Shown here: positions 61,170 to 64,000 of the stretch, piece by piece
Position numbering within the stretch: the first letter of the stretch is position 1
How the letters are laid out: every line of letters begins with the position of its first letter
DNA from: an uncultured Candidatus Saccharibacteria bacterium
GTDB taxonomy: Bacteria; Patescibacteriota; Minisyncoccia; Phycocordibacterales; UBA12088
Length of the DNA: 64,000 nucleotides
Assembly (NCBI GenBank): GCA_964531785.1
Contig: CAZHFF010000001.1
Coordinates: forward strand, 229,997 to 293,996
Direction: 5' to 3'
The notes under the pieces: model-generated
What the model was told of the DNA's origin: nothing
The model's database searches: none
What the model saw: only the letters and a program-made list of their open reading frames with translations
Position numbers and translations under genes: made by a program

Positions 61170-61952
61170 ATGAACAGAAGAGTGTTTAACGTGCTCACGG
61201 CGGTGTCGCTCGTGGGAGTTCCTGCGTTCGCGTCTGCGGACGAGGATCCGTGGAGCTTTGCAGCGTCGGTCGCCGGTCTACAGCGGCTCGATGATGACGG
61301 GGGCGTCTATCGTAACGCCGAGGGCAAGCGTCCGTGGGTCATCAGTCCTTCCATTAGCGGTTCCTATGCCGCGAGCCCCAGCACGAGCGTTTGGTTCAAT
61401 GTGACGGCGTTCGTTGATCCGTCCGACACCAACTTTTCGGACAATGGGAACAACGAGGTAGACACGACGGTCGGCGCGACGTTCACACTCGGGAACGGCA
61501 TCGATCTGACGCCGGAGCTCGGCTACTGGGCCGCGGGTAACGGGCTTACCGGGGTCGGTGCAGCCTTCGTTCCTGCCATTACGCTTGGCCGCAGCTTTCC
61601 TGTGTGGGCGGAAGGAGTCACCTTGACGCCCGCGGTGCGTGCTGAGTACGTGCGCACGCTTGAGGAAGACGGCAATGGTGCCCGCGTTTACCCGCAGGCA
61701 ACCCTCGCGTATGAGGGACAGGTCGGGCAGGTGCCGGTCACACCAGCACTCCGGACTGGCATTGCTGTCGCGATGGGCGAGTCATTCGGACTTGAGAGCG
61801 GTGCAGGGTTCTTCGCGGAACCGAGCGTTCGGATCGGCATCACTGATCGCGTCGCACTGTTCGCGGCGTACAAGGTGACCATGCCGATCAGCGGCATGGA
61901 AGACCGGGACACGAGTCACGCGGCCAAATTGGGCATCGAACTCACGTTCTAG
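61170..61952 (+). CDS. Secreted protein with beta-barrel-like alternating pattern and C-terminal ..LGIELTF
   Basis: Signal peptide ..VPAFASA|DE. Amphipathic beta-strand periodicity and a terminal Phe with hydrophobics at -3, -5 and -7. Confidence 0.55.
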   Translation: MNRRVFNVLTAVSLVGVPAFASADEDPWSFAASVAGLQRLDDDGGVYRNAEGKRPWVISPSISGSYAASPSTSVWFNVTAFVDPSDTNFSDNGNNEVDTTVGATFTLGNGIDLTPELGYWAAGNGLTGVGAAFVPAITLGRSFPVWAEGVTLTPAVRAEYVRTLEEDGNGARVYPQATLAYEGQVGQVPVTPALRTGIAVAMGESFGLESGAGFFAEPSVRIGITDRVALFAAYKVTMPISGMEDRDTSHAAKLGIELTF

Positions 61953-61967
61953 CAGTACACGAAGATC

Positions 61968-61998
61968 AGCACGGGGTAGCAGTACCCCGTGCTTTTTG
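61968..61998 (+). terminator. Rho-independent terminator
   Basis: AGCACGGGGTA-GCAG-TACCCCGTGCT followed by TTTTT. Confidence 0.8.
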
Positions 61999-62102
61999 TA
62001 TATCCTACCAGCAGGCGTGGTCCTTCATCTATTCTTCAGTAAGTATCTGCTATACTTGTGCATTACCAGACCAGCATATTACAAACTAACGGTACTACGC
62101 AT

Positions 62103-62972
62103 ATGAATCTTTCACTACAAAGGACCTTAAGTTTAATCGTTGCGCTTGCGCTTGTAGCTGCGACAGGTGCCTTTATGGCTGTGGTCGCGAGCGCGGCGCC
62201 CGTGCTTACTCCGTTTACGCAGGCGGAACTTGATACTAACTGGGAAGCGGATCGGTTCTTCCCAACCGATGGTGCAAGTTCCACAAGCGCCTTCGGCCGC
62301 AGTGATGTGGCACGTATCGGCATCGACGCAACAGAAACACAAGCGGGCACGTTCCAACGGACCGAGGGGATCAAGACTGTTGGTGATAATAATTTCGGAA
62401 CATCGAGCAATATCGATCTCTACCTAGATCCGGATTGGGCTGACCAAGCGGTTCGAGCGGGATTCTGGGTCGTCGGTGACAATGGGGCCAATGCACGCGA
62501 CAACCTGTTCGGCATTATCGAGTTCGTGCATCTCGAGCCGAGCACGAGCGGAGCATCTGCCGTGGGTGACCATGAAGGATGGCGCGTGTGGGATTCCATA
62601 ACCGGTTGGACGAACCTTGATGTGCCGTTCACGTACGGTGAATGGGTAACGCTCGGTATCGAGCTTGATACCACAGAAGAGGTTTATCGGTACACGATAA
62701 ACGGTACAGAGGTCGCTACTTCGACCGGAGGCGTGAACTTCATCCGTGAGCTGTTCATCAACAGCTATAACTACGGGTTGGACGAGTTCCCAAACCTTGA
62801 GAACGGCAATTATGCCGCACACTGGCACGTTGGCCTTGAAGATGAACCAGAACCGGAACTACAAGATCCACAATCGTTCAGGGACTGTATGCGGGGAGGC
62901 TGGGAAGCGTTCGGCTTCAGCAACCAGGGTCGGTGTATCCAGTACGCGTTGACCGGCATAGATAGTAGGTAA
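62103..62972 (+). CDS. Hypothetical secreted protein
   Basis: Signal peptide ..AVVASA|AP. C-terminal Cys-pair motif CMRGGWEAFGFSNQGRCIQY. Confidence 0.6.
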   Translation: MNLSLQRTLSLIVALALVAATGAFMAVVASAAPVLTPFTQAELDTNWEADRFFPTDGASSTSAFGRSDVARIGIDATETQAGTFQRTEGIKTVGDNNFGTSSNIDLYLDPDWADQAVRAGFWVVGDNGANARDNLFGIIEFVHLEPSTSGASAVGDHEGWRVWDSITGWTNLDVPFTYGEWVTLGIELDTTEEVYRYTINGTEVATSTGGVNFIRELFINSYNYGLDEFPNLENGNYAAHWHVGLEDEPEPELQDPQSFRDCMRGGWEAFGFSNQGRCIQYALTGIDSR

Positions 62973-62987
62973 GATCTGCCACGGTCA

Positions 62988-63021
62988 CACAACAACGCCC
63001 ATAAGGGCGTTGTTGTGTTTC
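62988..63021 (+). terminator. Rho-independent terminator
   Basis: CACAACAACGCCC-ATAA-GGGCGTTGTTGTG followed by TTTCT. Confidence 0.75.
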
Positions 63022-63043
63022 TCGCCAGGAGCCGCCACTACGC

Positions 63044-63049
63044 TATACT
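63044..63049 (+). promoter_or_regulatory. -10 TATACT, 7 nt before ATG 63057 (leaderless)
   Basis: TATACT, then agaacgt, then ATG. Confidence 0.5.
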
Positions 63050-63056
63050 AGAACGT

Positions 63057-64000
63057 ATGCCACGCACCACTCCTTGGAAGGAAGAAGAGATGCGCGCTCT
63101 GGTATCTCAGTACGGAACCCCGTTCTATGTCTACGACGAACAGGGTATCCGAGACGCGGCACGAGCGCTCATTAACGCATTTTCTTTTGCTCCGGTCTTT
63201 AAGGAGTACTTCGCGGTTAAAGCAACGCCAAACCCGGCTATATTGCACATTTTGCGAGAGGAAGGGTGCGGTGCCGATGCCAGTTCAATGGCAGAGCTTA
63301 TACTCTCGGAGCGTGCCGGTATGGCGGGTGACGACATCATGTTCACGTCGAACGACACCTCCGCAGAGGAGTTCATAAAGGCTCGTGAACTCGGCGCGAT
63401 CATCAACCTCGACGACCTCTCACATCTACCTTTCCTCAAAGTGCACGCCGGAATTCCTGACACGCTCTGTTTTCGTTATAACCCAGGACCGCTGCGTACA
63501 GGAAATGCGATCATCGGCGACCCAATGCAGGCGAAGTTCGGCATGACAGAACAGCAACTGTACGAAGGCTATAGGCAAGCACGTAAGCTGGGTGTATCAC
63601 GGTTCGGTCTGCATGCTATGGTCGCGTCGAACGTGTTAGATCCGGCATATCTCATTGAAACGGCAGACATGCTGTTTGAGATCGCGGTTCGTCTGCGTCA
63701 GGAGGAGAACATAGAGCTCTCGTTCATCAACCTTGGGGGTGGTGTCGGTATTCCGTATCGCCCCGAGGAGTCTCCCATCGATCTTGCGCTTCTTGGTGAG
63801 GGTGTGCGAAAGCTCTATGCGGCATACGGTCTCGAACCGCTCCGTTTGTATATGGAGTGTGGCCGTTACATTACGGGACCACATGGCTACCTCGTGTCGC
63901 GCGTACGTCACCTGAAGCGAACATATAAGAACTATATCGGCCTCGATGCGAGCATGGCCGACCTGATGCGGCCGGGTATGTATGGTGCATACCACCACAT
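63057..64000 (+). CDS. lysA: Diaminopimelate decarboxylase (Orn/DAP/Arg decarboxylase family 2), 3' partial
   Basis: My own translation of the open frame running off the window: YGTPFYVYDE, FAVKATPNP (PLP Lys), INLGGGVGIPY, MECGRYITGP. Not in the ORF track because no stop is reached. Confidence 0.8.
   Translation, partial: MPRTTPWKEEEMRALVSQYGTPFYVYDEQGIRDAARALINAFSFAPVFKEYFAVKATPNPAILHILREEGCGADASSMAELILSERAGMAGDDIMFTSNDTSAEEFIKARELGAIINLDDLSHLPFLKVHAGIPDTLCFRYNPGPLRTGNAIIGDPMQAKFGMTEQQLYEGYRQARKLGVSRFGLHAMVASNVLDPAYLIETADMLFEIAVRLRQEENIELSFINLGGGVGIPYRPEESPIDLALLGEGVRKLYAAYGLEPLRLYMECGRYITGPHGYLVSRVRHLKRTYKNYIGLDASMADLMRPGMYGAYHH

Noticed and set aside
1-64000. CRISPR arrays, rRNA genes, transposases/IS elements, prophage genes, and classic defence systems (RM, TA, Cas, CBASS-like).
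   Set aside because: No regularly spaced direct repeats, no rRNA-like conserved stretches and no integrase, transposase or Cas-like translations appear in any listed ORF. The palindromes are irregularly spaced and self-complementary, so they are not a CRISPR array.

Overview
A GC-rich, gene-dense chromosomal segment, mostly transcribed on the + strand. I call about 60 CDS, 4 tRNAs (Gly-CCC, Arg-CCU, Phe-GAA, Val-GAC) and no rRNA, CRISPR array or recognisable transposase. The housekeeping backbone is hisS, truB, uppP, valS, lepA, murJ, tsaD and lysA (3' partial). Accessory genes include two secreted thermonucleases, a DsbA-like protein, GH13 and GH15 hydrolases, two Hsp20 genes, PrsW, a paired ABC exporter and an O-antigen-ligase/TPR protein. 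This content, with many insert-bearing proteins and no biosynthetic operons, suggests a reduced-genome Patescibacteria/CPR-like bacterium; that is inference only. Four areas stand out.

1. An SOS island at 13.7-20.5 kb. A consensus promoter carries an embedded GAAC-N4-GTTC LexA-type box. It is followed on one strand by a small ORF, a NUDIX gene, lexA, a DnaQ-exonuclease/GIY-YIG (Cho-like) gene, an umuD-like gene that has lost its Ser/Lys dyad, an unknown ORF and umuC. The island is interrupted three times by one family of AT-rich imperfect inverted-repeat units: one carries a four-helix-bundle (23S-IVS-type) gene, one carries a lipoprotein gene and one is empty. A solo arm lies at 40.57 kb.

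2. A family of near-perfect 45-55 bp palindromes with core AGCTTCCGGGTCCCTAAGTG, present in 4 copies. Two copies bracket a visibly lower-GC island that encodes a PG-binding protein and a processive GT2. Two lie in a 0.9-kb ORF-free region.

3. A SipW/TasA-type locus at 48.7-59.6 kb. It holds three proteins with SipW-cognate signal peptides, sipW, a divergent SipW-like membrane protein and a 1313-aa LamG-type protein. Related hairpins follow the first two genes.

4. Recurrent extended -10 boxes placed 6-8 nt before ATG codons, implying frequent leaderless mRNAs.

All calls rest on reading the sequence and ORF translations. No database search, folding or GC computation was run.
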